Below, in pieces: positions 35,843 to 45,688 of a stretch of DNA of 64,000 bases. Position 1 is the first letter of the stretch, and the number at the start of each line of letters is the position of its first letter. Origin of the DNA: an uncultured Acidobacteriota bacterium. GTDB taxonomy: Bacteria > Acidobacteriota > Thermoanaerobaculia > Multivoradales > UBA5704. The stretch lies in the NCBI GenBank assembly GCA_963770895.1, contig CAVYRF010000002.1, positions 2,752,001 through 2,816,000 of the forward strand, written 5' to 3'. A model generated the notes under the pieces. The model was not told the DNA's origin. It did no database searches and worked only from the letters and a program-made list of their open reading frames with translations. Made by a program: the position numbers and the translations under genes.

Positions 35843-36738
35843 CGCACCCAATCTTCCAGCTGGACGCGGGTGTCGGTGGCGGCGTCGCGGTACTTGACGA
35901 TGACCGGCGTGTAGAGCGACAGGCCCCAGTCCTTGCCCATGCCGCGGGTGACGGCGCGCGCGCCGGCGACCACCACGGCGCCGGCGGGGATGACCAGCGG
36001 GCCGCCTTCGAGCGGGCGGTGGATGCACTCGCGCACCAGGTCGTAGACCGGCGTCGAGCGGGTGAGGATGGTGCCGGCGCCCAGGATGGCGCCGCGCTGG
36101 ATCACGGTGCCTTCGTAGACGCCGCAGTTGCCGCCGATCAGGGCGTCGTCTTCGACGATCACCGGCAGGGCGCCGACCGGTTCGACGACGCCGCCGAGCT
36201 GCGCCGCCGCCGACAGGTGGACGCGCTTGCCGACCTGGGCGCAGGTGCCGACCAGGGCGTGCGAATCGATCAGCGCGCCTTGGTCCACGTAGGCGCCGGT
36301 GTTGATGTACATGGGCGGCATGCAGATGACGCCGCGGCCCAGGTAGGCGCCGCCGCGCACCGCCGATCCGCCCGGCACCAGGCGCACGCCGGCGTCGACG
36401 CCCAGCCGGCGCAGCGGCATGGTGTCCTTGTCGAAAAACGGGAAGTGCGCGCCGTCGGGCGCGCCCACGCTGAAGTCGGCCAGCTGGCCCAGGCGGATGC
36501 TGGCCAGCAGCCCCTGCTTGACCCAGGCGTTGACCCGCCAGCCGCAGGGCTCCGCCGCGTCGGGCTGGGCGGCGCGCACCAGGCCGCGGTCGAGCGCCTG
36601 GCGAAAGCGCGCCAGCAGCTGCCGCTCCGCCGGGCCGGCCGTCGCCGGGGGCGCCGCGTAGAGCGCCTCGATATCCTGGCGCAGCGCCCCGATGTCTTCG
36701 CCGTCCCCGTCCGGCGTGGCGGCGGGCGGCGCCGCCAT
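35839..36738 (-). CDS. dapD: Tetrahydrodipicolinate N-succinyltransferase
   Basis: WRVNAWVKQG, FFDK, VRLVPGG, YINTGAYVD, VGTCAQVGKRVHLS, GGVVEP. Confidence 0.95.
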   Translation of the reverse strand: MAAPPAATPDGDGEDIGALRQDIEALYAAPPATAGPAERQLLARFRQALDRGLVRAAQPDAAEPCGWRVNAWVKQGLLASIRLGQLADFSVGAPDGAHFPFFDKDTMPLRRLGVDAGVRLVPGGSAVRGGAYLGRGVICMPPMYINTGAYVDQGALIDSHALVGTCAQVGKRVHLSAAAQLGGVVEPVGALPVIVEDDALIGGNCGVYEGTVIQRGAILGAGTILTRSTPVYDLVRECIHRPLEGGPLVIPAGAVVVAGARAVTRGMGKDWGLSLYTPVIVKYRDAATDTRVQLEDWVR

Positions 36739-37655
36739 CAGCTGGCGACCGCCGTCTGGCGCGCGCCCTGTGCCGCCACCGGCAGCATTCCCAGGTCGGC
36801 CAGCACGGCTTCGATGCGGCTCATGCTGTCGGGCCGCGGCGGCACCGAGGGCAGACGGAAGATCGGGTCGATGAGGCCGAGCAGGCCGAGCGCCGCCTTG
36901 ACCGGTCCGGGGTTGGACTCGATGAAGGCGACCTCCATCAGGCGTTGCAGGCGCCGCTGCAGGACGCGGGCGCCGGCGAAGTCCCCTTCCAGGGCGAGCG
37001 CGGTCAGCCGCGCCATCTCACCCGGCACGACGTTGGAGACGACCGAGACGACGCCGGTGCCGCCCAGGGCGACCACCGGCAGGGTCATCGAGTCGTCGCC
37101 GCTGACCACGGCGAAGCTTGCGGGCACCAGGTTGAGCAGCGTCGCGATCTGCGAGGCGTTGCCGGACGCCTCCTTGACCGCGGCGACGTGCTCGATCTGC
37201 GCCAGCCGCGCCATGGTCACCGGTTCGACGTTGGAGCCGGTGCGGCCGGGCACGTTGTAGACCATGATCGGCAGCCGGGTGGCGGCGGCGATCTCGCTGA
37301 AATGGGCGACCAGCCCTTCGGGCGTCGGCTTGTTGTAGGGCGGCGTGACGCTCAGCAGGGCGTCGGCGCCGACCGCCGCGACCTGGCGCGCCAGCTCGGC
37401 CACGGCGCGCGTGTCGCTGCCGCCGGCGCCGGCGACCACCGGCACGCGCCCCTTGGCTTCCTGGACGGTGATCTCCACCACCCGCAGGTGCTCCTCGCGG
37501 CTGAGCGTGGGGTTTTCGCCGGTGGTGCCGCAGGGCACCAGGAAGTGAATGCCCTGATCGATCTGGCGGCGCACCAGCCGGCGCAGCGCCTCTTCGTCGA
37601 GCGAGCGGTCGGGCCGGAAGGGGGTGACGAGGGCGGTGCCGCATCCTTTGAACAT
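36738..37655 (-). CDS. dapA: 4-hydroxy-tetrahydrodipicolinate synthase
   Basis: ALVTPF, CGTTGE, YNVPGRT, VKEASG, SGDD. Confidence 0.97.
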   Translation of the reverse strand: MFKGCGTALVTPFRPDRSLDEEALRRLVRRQIDQGIHFLVPCGTTGENPTLSREEHLRVVEITVQEAKGRVPVVAGAGGSDTRAVAELARQVAAVGADALLSVTPPYNKPTPEGLVAHFSEIAAATRLPIMVYNVPGRTGSNVEPVTMARLAQIEHVAAVKEASGNASQIATLLNLVPASFAVVSGDDSMTLPVVALGGTGVVSVVSNVVPGEMARLTALALEGDFAGARVLQRRLQRLMEVAFIESNPGPVKAALGLLGLIDPIFRLPSVPPRPDSMSRIEAVLADLGMLPVAAQGARQTAVAS

Positions 37656-37659
37656 GACG

Positions 37660-38382
37660 TCAGGTCTCCATGGGTGGTGCGGTGCGGGCGACGTCCTGCC
37701 AGACGTCGGTCCAGGCGTACACCCCGCGGTGGCCGAGCACCCATCGCGCGGCGCGCAGCGCGCCCTGGGCGAAGCCCGAGCGGTTGCGGGCCTGGTGTTC
37801 CAGGCGGATGGTATCAGCCTCGGAATCGAATCCGACGACGTGGGTGCCGGGGATGGCGCCGGCGCGGCTGCTGGCGACGTCGAGGGGGCGGTCGTAGCCG
37901 GCGCGCTCCATCACCTGGCGCAGCTCGCGCAGCGTTCCCGAGGGGGCGTCGCGCTTGCGGCGGTGATGGATCTCGTACAGCCAGGGGTCGTATTCGGCGT
38001 CGCCGGCGAGCGCCTGCGCCGCCGCGGCGACGATGCTGTAGAAGACCTGCACGCCGATCGAGAAGTTGGCGCCGTGCACCAGGCCGATGCCGTGCGCGAG
38101 GGCCGCCTGGCGCACGCGCGGCAGCTGGTCGGCCCAGCCGGTCGTGCCGATCACCACGGCGACGCCGAGCGGCGCCAGGCGCTCCACGTTGTCGGCCACC
38201 GCCGCCGCGGTCGAAAAGTCGATCGCCACCTGGGCGCCGCGCAGGCGCTCGGCGTCCAGGACCACGCCGGCGCGCTGGTCGGCGCCGGTGTAGCGCAGCT
38301 CCACGGTGAAGCCGTATCGCGGCGCCAGCTGCTCGACCAGGCGCCCCATGGCGCCGTACCCCAGGAGCGCCAGCCCGGTCAT
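37660..38382 (-). CDS. dapB: 4-hydroxy-tetrahydrodipicolinate reductase
   Basis: LLGYGAMG, IDFS, IGTTG, NFSIG, EIHHRRKRDAPSGT. Confidence 0.95.
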   Translation of the reverse strand: MTGLALLGYGAMGRLVEQLAPRYGFTVELRYTGADQRAGVVLDAERLRGAQVAIDFSTAAAVADNVERLAPLGVAVVIGTTGWADQLPRVRQAALAHGIGLVHGANFSIGVQVFYSIVAAAAQALAGDAEYDPWLYEIHHRRKRDAPSGTLRELRQVMERAGYDRPLDVASSRAGAIPGTHVVGFDSEADTIRLEHQARNRSGFAQGALRAARWVLGHRGVYAWTDVWQDVARTAPPMET

Positions 38383-39875
38383 GCCGGCACCTGCTCGCGG
38401 CCGGGGCGCGGTGCGGCGGCGGCCGCAGCCGCCGGCGCGGCGGTCGATGCGGCGGAGTCGGCGGCGTCGGCGGCGTCGGCGGCGGGGCCGGCCGCGAACA
38501 GCCGATGGTGCAGGGCGGCGGCGACGGCAGGCATGTCTTCCTCCTCGATCAGGCAGCGCACCGCCGGCGCCGCGGTGCCGGCAAAGACCAGGTGCGGCTG
38601 GAGGGCGGCGGCGGCCTCCAGGGTGCGCGCGGCCAGCGCGGCATCGGTCGCGAAGTCGTCCGAGACCAGCGACAGCACGGCCCGCCCGCTGGCGACGCCG
38701 ACGCTGTCGACGCCGCGGCCGGTGGCGGCGGCGAGCGCCTGCCGCGCCTGGTCCAGGCGGTCGCCGCCGGCCAGCGCCAGCTGCGCGCCCGCGGCGTCCA
38801 GGCGCACCACCAGCAGCGCCGGCCGCAGGCGCTCGACCGCGGCGGCGATGCCGGCGGCAAAGGCGCCGCCGTCCTCGCCGGCGGCGGTGGCGGGCGGCGC
38901 CGCGACAAACAGCAGGAAATCGTTGGTGCGGCAGGCGAGCGATCGCACCGCGGGCCGCTGGGCCGCCGGGCCGGCGCCGCGCGGCCCGATGAGCGTGCCG
39001 GCGACGTGCGGCGCCAGTGTGTTGAGGATGCGGATGGGCACCCCGGCGCGGCTGGCCGGACCGAGAGTTCCCGGATGGGGCTTCTTGGCTCCCGAGCAGG
39101 CCAGCTCCAGCGATTCGCCGAACGACAGCGCGGCGACCGGCCGCGCCGCCGGCACCAGGCGCGGATCGGCGGTCAGGATGCCGTCCACGTCGGTCCAGAT
39201 CTGGATTTCGTCGGCGCCCACCGCGGCGCCGACGATCGCGGCGGTGAAGTCGGAGCCCTCCTTGCCCAGGGTGGTGACGACGCCGTCGCGGGTGGCGCCG
39301 ATGTAACCACCGAGGACCGGCACGGCGCCGCGCTCGACCGCCGGCAGCAGGGCGGCCCGCAGGCGTGCGCCGGTTTCGTCGTAGAGCGGCCGCGCACGGG
39401 TGAAGGTGTCGTCGGTCACCATCACCTGGCGGGAGTCGATCCACGCCGCCGCGACGCCCCAGGCCGGCAGGGCGAGCGCCAGGATCTGGCTCGCCAGCAC
39501 CTCGCCGCAGGCGGCGGCGGCGTCGGCGTCGCGCGGGTCCAGCCGGCGCTCGCGCGCCACGCGCTCGAGCAGGCGGTCGAGCGCGGCGAAGGTGGGGTCG
39601 AGCGCCGCGGCCAGCGCCGGCCGGGCCGCCGGCGGCACCGCCGCCGCGGCCTCGCTCCAATGCATCTGGCGCAGCGCGGCGACGTCGGCCTGGGCCTGGC
39701 TGAGGTCGCCGGCGGCGGCCCCTTCGGCGGCTTGCAGCAGCTGGCGGGTGGTCTTGCCCATGGCCGAAACCACCACGATCGGCCGGGCGCCCAGGCGCGC
39801 ACGCACCAGCCCGGCGACGCGCGCAATGCCGCCCGCGCCGTCGATCGAGCTGCCGCCGAACTTGCACACGATCAC
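38379..39875 (-). CDS. lysC: Aspartate kinase
   Basis: KFGGSS, VVVSAMG, TTLGKEGSDFTA, IWTDVDGILTADPR; C-terminal ACT-like region looks divergent. Confidence 0.92.
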   Translation of the reverse strand: MIVCKFGGSSIDGAGGIARVAGLVRARLGARPIVVVSAMGKTTRQLLQAAEGAAAGDLSQAQADVAALRQMHWSEAAAAVPPAARPALAAALDPTFAALDRLLERVARERRLDPRDADAAAACGEVLASQILALALPAWGVAAAWIDSRQVMVTDDTFTRARPLYDETGARLRAALLPAVERGAVPVLGGYIGATRDGVVTTLGKEGSDFTAAIVGAAVGADEIQIWTDVDGILTADPRLVPAARPVAALSFGESLELACSGAKKPHPGTLGPASRAGVPIRILNTLAPHVAGTLIGPRGAGPAAQRPAVRSLACRTNDFLLFVAAPPATAAGEDGGAFAAGIAAAVERLRPALLVVRLDAAGAQLALAGGDRLDQARQALAAATGRGVDSVGVASGRAVLSLVSDDFATDAALAARTLEAAAALQPHLVFAGTAAPAVRCLIEEEDMPAVAAALHHRLFAAGPAADAADAADSAASTAAPAAAAAAAPRPGREQVPA

Positions 39876-39939
39876 CCCGCAAGTCTACTGCACCGCCCGA
39901 TGGCGGCGGCGTGCCATGATTCCCACCAGGAGGTGACAC

Positions 39940-40866
39940 ATGGAGCATCGCCGTATCGGCTCGTTGGACGTCTCGGTGATCGGCTTGGGGTGCAACAACT
40001 TCGGCGGCCGCCTCGACGTAGACGGCACCCAGCGGGTGGTGGACGCCGCGCTCGACTGCGGAATCAACTTTCTGGACACCGCGGACATGTACGGCGGCAC
40101 CAGGAGCGAAGAGTTCCTGGGGCGGGTGCTGGCCGGCCGCCGCGAGCGGGTGGTGCTGGCGACCAAGTTCGGCTGGCGCATCGACGACCAGCGCCCCGGC
40201 GGCGCCAAGCCCGCCTATCTGCGCCAGGCGGTCGAGGACAGCCTGCGGCGGCTGGCGACCGATCGCATCGACCTCTATCAGCTGCACTGCCCGGACCCCG
40301 ACACGCCGATCGGCGATACCCTGGCGGTGCTCGACGAGCTGGTGCGCGCCGGCAAGGTGCGCCACATCGGCTGCTCCAACTTTTCCGCCGAGCAGCTGCG
40401 CGCAGCGCGCGATGCGGCCGGCCCCGGCGCGGCGCGGTTCGAGAGCGTACAGAACGAATACAGCCTGGTGGTGCGCGAACCCGAGAGCGAGGTGCTGCCG
40501 GAAGCGGAGCGCCAGGGGATGGCCTTCGTGCCGTTCTTTCCGCTGGCCAGCGGGCTGCTGACCGGCAAGTACGCCGCCGCCGCGCCGCCGCCGGGCCAGA
40601 CCCGGCTCGCCGCCGGCAATCCGTTCGGCGATCGCTTCCTGAACGACCGCAATCGCCAGCTGGCCGAAGGTTTGGGCCGCTTCGCCGCCGAGCGCGGCCA
40701 CTCGCTGCTGGAGCTGGCCTTTTCGTGGCTGCTCCACCGGCCGGTGGTGGCCTCGGTGATCGCCGGCGCCACCAAGCCCGAGCAGGTGCGCGCCAACGCC
40801 GGCGCGGCGGGCTGGCGGCTGAGCGCCCAGGAGCTGGCGGAGATCGACCGGATCGCGCCGCTCTGA
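39940..40866 (+). CDS. Aldo/keto reductase
   Basis: GLGCNNFG, DTADMYG, LATKFG, IDLYQLH, IGCSN, PLASGLLTGK. Confidence 0.95.
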   Translation: MEHRRIGSLDVSVIGLGCNNFGGRLDVDGTQRVVDAALDCGINFLDTADMYGGTRSEEFLGRVLAGRRERVVLATKFGWRIDDQRPGGAKPAYLRQAVEDSLRRLATDRIDLYQLHCPDPDTPIGDTLAVLDELVRAGKVRHIGCSNFSAEQLRAARDAAGPGAARFESVQNEYSLVVREPESEVLPEAERQGMAFVPFFPLASGLLTGKYAAAAPPPGQTRLAAGNPFGDRFLNDRNRQLAEGLGRFAAERGHSLLELAFSWLLHRPVVASVIAGATKPEQVRANAGAAGWRLSAQELAEIDRIAPL

Positions 40867-42764
40867 TGGATCGATCGGGCCTGGCGTGGCGGATCGGGGC
40901 GGCGCACCTGGCGCTGGCGGTGCTGCTCCAGCTGGAGGACGCCGCCCACCTGGCGGCGGCAGGCGGCGGCGCCGTCCCGAGCGCCTGGAAGCTGGCCGCC
41001 GAGCTTCCCTTCCTGCAGTTGCAGAACCTCGCCGTCGCCGGCGGCCTGGCGCTGGTCGCCTGGCTGTGCGGCGGCCGGCGCTGGCTGCGGCCGCTGCCGC
41101 ACCTGCTGCTCGCGATGGCGAACTGCCTGCTGGTGGCCGACCAGCTGTCGTTCAAGGTGTTCCTGACCCACGTCGACCTGACGCCCGGCGACGCCCCCTG
41201 GAGCTCGCTCGCCGCCCTGCGCAGCTCGGCCTGGGCGGCGGCCGGGTGGACCGCGGCGGCCAACGTCGCGGCGCTCGTCGCGCTGTCGGCGTGGGCGGCG
41301 CGCGGCGCGGCCGGGCTGCCCGCGTGGCTGCGCTCGCGGCGCGCCTGGTGGGCGGCGGCGTGGGCGGTCTGCGCGGCGGTGGTTTCGGTCGTCGCCGAGG
41401 CGCACCAGCTGCAGGCCCATCCGCTGTTCAGCCTGGTGGCAAGCCTGCGCGACGCGGTCCCTGATGCCGCCGGCGCCGGCGCCGCGCCGCAGGTGCCGCT
41501 GGCGGACCTCTACCTGCCGCGCTCCGGCGCCGTGCCAGCGCCCGCCGGCGAGGACGCGGCGCTGCTGCGGGTGCTGGCGCGGCTGCGGCGCCTGAGCCGG
41601 CCCAACGTGCTCCTGGTGGTGCTGGAATCGGTGGGCGCCAAGCAGATGCTGCCGTTTGGCGCGCTCTCCGCCAAGCTGACGCCGGGTCTCGCGGCGCGCG
41701 CCCGCGGCGGCGTCGCGTTCACCGCCGTCTACGCGCCCTTCCCCGGCACCACGCGCTCGCACGTGGCGCTGGAAACGGGCGGCGCGGACATCGCCGGGAG
41801 CGACTTCGACGCCGCGGTGCAGGCGGATTTCGCGGCTCCCGACGCGGCCCGCGCCTTTGCCGGGATGGGGTATCGTGCGGCAGTGTTTTCGGCCGGCTAC
41901 CTGGGTCCGCAGAAGCTGGGCGAAATGCTGCAGCACCAGGGCTATCCGCTGCTGTTCGACCCCGAGCAGCAGGCCCGGCCGTGGCGCACGGCGCACGAAG
42001 TTTCGTCCTGGGGAGTCGACGAACGCGTGGTCTGCCAGCGGCTGCTCGCCTGGACCGCCGCCGCCGGTGCGCAACCCTGGTTCGCCCAGCTGCTCACCGT
42101 GTCCACCCATCATCCGTACGCCGCCCCGGGCGTGCCGGCGCAGTTGGGGGACCAGCGGCGCTACGAAGCCACCCTGGGCTACACCGACACGGTGCTCGCC
42201 GAGCTGCTGCAGGACCTGGAGCGCAGCGGCCAGCTGGCAAGGACCGTCGTGGTGGTGTGCGGCGATCACGGCGAAGCGTTCGCCCGCTGGCACATGCTCA
42301 ACTTCACCCACCGCAACTACCTGTACGAAGAGAACGTGCGCAGCTTCCTGATGGTGCTGCCGCCGCCGGATTCCTCCAGCGCGGGCGACGCCGTCGTTTC
42401 GCAGCGGGTGGCGACGATGGGAGACGTGCTGCCGACGGTGCTGGCCGCGCTCGGCCGGCGGCTTGCCGGCGTCCCCGGCCAGAGCCTGTGGCCGGACGCC
42501 TACAGCCCGCGCATCGTCTACTTCAGCAAGAGCACCCAGCCCGCGCAGTGGGGCCTGCGCGACGGCCGCCTCAAGTTCATTGCCCGCACCGGCAGCGACC
42601 AGCGCGTCGAGCTGTACGACCTGCCGGCGGACCCCGACGAGCAGACCAACCTGGCGGCAGGCCGCCTGGACCTGGCGCAGCTCTACGATCGCCTGTGCGC
42701 CCACTGGTTCGCGAGCGCGTCGGCCGACTTCAGGGCGCGCCTCGCGCCGCGAAAGGACCTTTGA
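40866..42764 (+). CDS. LtaS-like membrane sulfatase/phosphoglycerol-transferase family protein
   Basis: N-terminal TMs; PNVLLVVLES, FPGTTRS, STHHPY, GDHGE, ELYDL..DPDE. Confidence 0.85.
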   Translation: MDRSGLAWRIGAAHLALAVLLQLEDAAHLAAAGGGAVPSAWKLAAELPFLQLQNLAVAGGLALVAWLCGGRRWLRPLPHLLLAMANCLLVADQLSFKVFLTHVDLTPGDAPWSSLAALRSSAWAAAGWTAAANVAALVALSAWAARGAAGLPAWLRSRRAWWAAAWAVCAAVVSVVAEAHQLQAHPLFSLVASLRDAVPDAAGAGAAPQVPLADLYLPRSGAVPAPAGEDAALLRVLARLRRLSRPNVLLVVLESVGAKQMLPFGALSAKLTPGLAARARGGVAFTAVYAPFPGTTRSHVALETGGADIAGSDFDAAVQADFAAPDAARAFAGMGYRAAVFSAGYLGPQKLGEMLQHQGYPLLFDPEQQARPWRTAHEVSSWGVDERVVCQRLLAWTAAAGAQPWFAQLLTVSTHHPYAAPGVPAQLGDQRRYEATLGYTDTVLAELLQDLERSGQLARTVVVVCGDHGEAFARWHMLNFTHRNYLYEENVRSFLMVLPPPDSSSAGDAVVSQRVATMGDVLPTVLAALGRRLAGVPGQSLWPDAYSPRIVYFSKSTQPAQWGLRDGRLKFIARTGSDQRVELYDLPADPDEQTNLAAGRLDLAQLYDRLCAHWFASASADFRARLAPRKDL

Positions 42765-43768
42765 TGACCGCGCCCAACGTCCCCTTCACGCCTGCCGCCG
42801 CACGATCTCGCGGCGGCGCCGTCCTCGGCTTCGCGGCCGCCGCGGCGCTGGCCGCAGGCATGGCCAGCGTCGCCCTCCCTTCCCGCGCCGCCGCCCCACC
42901 GGTCAGCGCCCCGCCGGCCGCAGCCGTGCCCGGCGCCCAGGCGCGCACCTACGCGGTGCAGCTGGCGCGGCCCTCGGTGGTGGGCCAGAAGCAGCTGGCG
43001 ATCGGCGCGCTGGAAAACGACGACACCTCGTCGGGCGGCCTGGACGGCGCCCAGCCGGTCAAGCGGCTGGACAAGGCGACGATCCGCTTTGTCGTCGCCA
43101 GCGAGATCCTGGAAGTGAGCCCGAGCGGCAACGCCCGCCGCGCGGTGCTGACGGTGCGCCGGCTCGACAAGGAGAGCGGCGGCGTCAGCGTCGAGCTGGC
43201 CAAGCCCGGCGAGCTGTTCACCGCGCGCATGGTGGGACACGACCGCGTCGTCGAGCAGCAGGGGACGCCGGTGGCAACCGACCTGCAACAGGCGCTGGCG
43301 GCGGCGGTGCCGCTGCGCTCCGACGACGAGCCGACCGACGACGACCTGTACGGCACGGCCACGCCGCACCGGGTCGGCGACAGCTGGCCGGTGCCGGGCG
43401 CCCTGTTCGCCAGCGCCGGCGCCCAGCACGTGCAGTTCGACCCCAAGCAGGTCGCCGGCACGGTGACCCTTACCGCGGTCAAGCCGGTGCAGGGGCAGCT
43501 CTGCCTGGAGGTGCAGTGGAAGGTCGAAGCGCACCACGGCTCGTTCAAGGCCGGCGGCCTGCCGGGCGGGTTGCTGGGAACGCTGGCGACGATGACGGTG
43601 ACGGGCTCGGCGACGGTGCCGGTCGCCGGCGGCCTGCCGCCCCTGGCGCGCGCCAACGTGATCGCGGCGGTCGGCGACTTCACCGGCGCCAACGAGGACG
43701 GCACCGGACTGACCATCCATCGCGACATGCGGCAGGTCTCGCACGTGGAGTTTTCGCGCATTCCCTGA
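42764..43768 (+). CDS. Secreted beta-rich hypothetical protein
   Basis: TGATG coupling; signal peptide; VGDSW motif. Confidence 0.7.
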   Translation: MTAPNVPFTPAAARSRGGAVLGFAAAAALAAGMASVALPSRAAAPPVSAPPAAAVPGAQARTYAVQLARPSVVGQKQLAIGALENDDTSSGGLDGAQPVKRLDKATIRFVVASEILEVSPSGNARRAVLTVRRLDKESGGVSVELAKPGELFTARMVGHDRVVEQQGTPVATDLQQALAAAVPLRSDDEPTDDDLYGTATPHRVGDSWPVPGALFASAGAQHVQFDPKQVAGTVTLTAVKPVQGQLCLEVQWKVEAHHGSFKAGGLPGGLLGTLATMTVTGSATVPVAGGLPPLARANVIAAVGDFTGANEDGTGLTIHRDMRQVSHVEFSRIP

Positions 43769-43854
43769 GCCGCGCGCACCGGCGGAACTTTTTTGCCGGC
43801 GGTGCCGTAGTCATGAAGGCTCGGTCACCCCATCGCGTCCTGGAGGACCTCCTG

Positions 43855-45648
43855 ATGCCCGCACCCGCTTCGCCCCGTCTCCTGTTGCTTGCCTCGCTGA
43901 CCCTGCTGGCGCTGGTGCCGCTGCACGCGGTGTCGGCGTCGGCGCCGCCGCCCGCCGCGGTGGCGGGCGCCGCCCCGGCCAAGGTCAGGGCGGCCGATCG
44001 GCTCAAGCCCTGCCAGATTCCGGGAGTCGCAGGAGGGGCGCTGTGCGGCACCTACTCCGTCTGGGAAGATCGCGACGCCCGGCGCGGGCGGCGCATCGAT
44101 CTCAACGTCGTGGTCCTGCCGGCGACGGGTCCGGCCGCAGCGCGGGCCGCGGACGCGGTCACCATGCTGGGCGGCGGGCCGGGGGAGGCAGCGACCGATT
44201 TTGCCGGCGACGTCAGCCGTAACAGCGCGCTGCGCAGCGCGCACGACATCCTGCTGATGGACCAGCGCGGCACCGGCAAGTCCAACCCGCTCAACTGCGA
44301 CTTTTACGGCCCCGGCTCGCACGCCCACGGCGCCGACCCGAAGCTGCTGGCCGGCGACCTGTTCCCGCCTGACAAGGTGCGCCAGTGCCGCGATCAGCTG
44401 TCGCGCGTCGCCGACCTCAAGCTGTACACCACGGCGCTGGGGATGGACGACCTCGACGAGGTGCGTGCCTGGCTCGGCTATCCACGGCTCGACGTCTTTG
44501 GCGGCTCCTACGGCACCCGCGCCGCCCAGGTCTATCTGCGCCGCCACCCGGCCGCGGTGCGCACCGTGATCCTCGACGGCGTGCTGCCGGTCGACGAGCT
44601 CATCCCGCTGCACCACGCCTACGCCGGCAAGCGGGCGATCGACCTGCTGCTGGTCGAATGCGCCCGCGACGCTGCCTGCCATGCGGCGTTCCCGCGGCTC
44701 GCCAGCGAGCTGCAGGAAGTCTTTGCGCGCGTCGATCGCGGCGTCACGGTACGCGTCCTCGACTCCCGGACCGGCGGTACGTTCGAGGTGACGCCCAGCC
44801 GCGCGCTGATCGCCGAAGGGCTGCGCTTCACGATGTACGGCTCGACCGCGCGGCTGGTGCCGCTCGCCATCCACACCGCTTACCAGGGCGACATGGCGCA
44901 GCTGGTGCGGATCGCCAGCGACCGCCGCGCCACCCTCAACAGCGAGCTGGCGATGGGGATGAACTTTTCGGTGACCTGCGCCGAGGACCTGCCCTTCATC
45001 GACGCCGCGACGGCGGCGCGGCTGACCGCCGGCACGCTGCTCGGCGACTACCGCATCCGCGAGCAGAAGCGGGTGTGCCAGGACTGGCCGCGCGGCAGCA
45101 TCCCTGCCGACGCCCATACGCCGGTGCGCTCGACGGTACCGGCACTGCTGTTTTCGGGCGAGCGCGACCCGGTGACGCCGCCCGAGTTTGGCGAGCGCGT
45201 TGCCAAGGGGCTGCCCAACGGGCTGCTGCTCATCGTCCCGCACGGCAGCCACGGCGCCCGCGGTCCGTGCGCTGACGGCATCGTCGCGCGCTTCGTCGCC
45301 AGCGCCACGGTCAAGGGCTTGGACACCTCCTGCATCCAACAGGTGCCGGCCACGGTCTTCGTCACCAAAATGCCGGCCGAAGTGCAGGTCCCCGCCGCCG
45401 TGCTGGACAGCTACGATGGCGTCTACGACCTGCCGGGCGCCCGGCTGAAGGTGGTGCGCAGCGGCTCGCACCTGGTGGTAACCGGTGACGACGGCACTGC
45501 CACCGAGTTCTTTGCCGAAGCCAAGGATCACTTCTTCGCCAAGTTCGACGACGTGGACATCGCCTTTGTCCCCGGCGCCGCGGGCGCTCCCACCGAGATG
45601 GTCGCCAACTTCGGCGGCGAAAAGCTGCGCGGCAAGCGGGTGCACTAG
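43855..45648 (+). CDS. Secreted alpha/beta hydrolase (TAP-like peptidase) with a C-terminal DUF3471-like domain
   Basis: GGPG, DQRGTG, GGSYG, GERDPVTP, SHG; GGAGG RBS. Confidence 0.88.
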   Translation: MPAPASPRLLLLASLTLLALVPLHAVSASAPPPAAVAGAAPAKVRAADRLKPCQIPGVAGGALCGTYSVWEDRDARRGRRIDLNVVVLPATGPAAARAADAVTMLGGGPGEAATDFAGDVSRNSALRSAHDILLMDQRGTGKSNPLNCDFYGPGSHAHGADPKLLAGDLFPPDKVRQCRDQLSRVADLKLYTTALGMDDLDEVRAWLGYPRLDVFGGSYGTRAAQVYLRRHPAAVRTVILDGVLPVDELIPLHHAYAGKRAIDLLLVECARDAACHAAFPRLASELQEVFARVDRGVTVRVLDSRTGGTFEVTPSRALIAEGLRFTMYGSTARLVPLAIHTAYQGDMAQLVRIASDRRATLNSELAMGMNFSVTCAEDLPFIDAATAARLTAGTLLGDYRIREQKRVCQDWPRGSIPADAHTPVRSTVPALLFSGERDPVTPPEFGERVAKGLPNGLLLIVPHGSHGARGPCADGIVARFVASATVKGLDTSCIQQVPATVFVTKMPAEVQVPAAVLDSYDGVYDLPGARLKVVRSGSHLVVTGDDGTATEFFAEAKDHFFAKFDDVDIAFVPGAAGAPTEMVANFGGEKLRGKRVH

Positions 45649-45688
45649 CGGCGGCGCCGCCGCCGGTGCCTGGGGCGATCGGCGGCGG

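Noticed and set aside
39876-39939. Lysine riboswitch upstream of lysC
   Set aside because: Only 64 bp intergenic, and the -10 lies 6 nt from the start codon; no room
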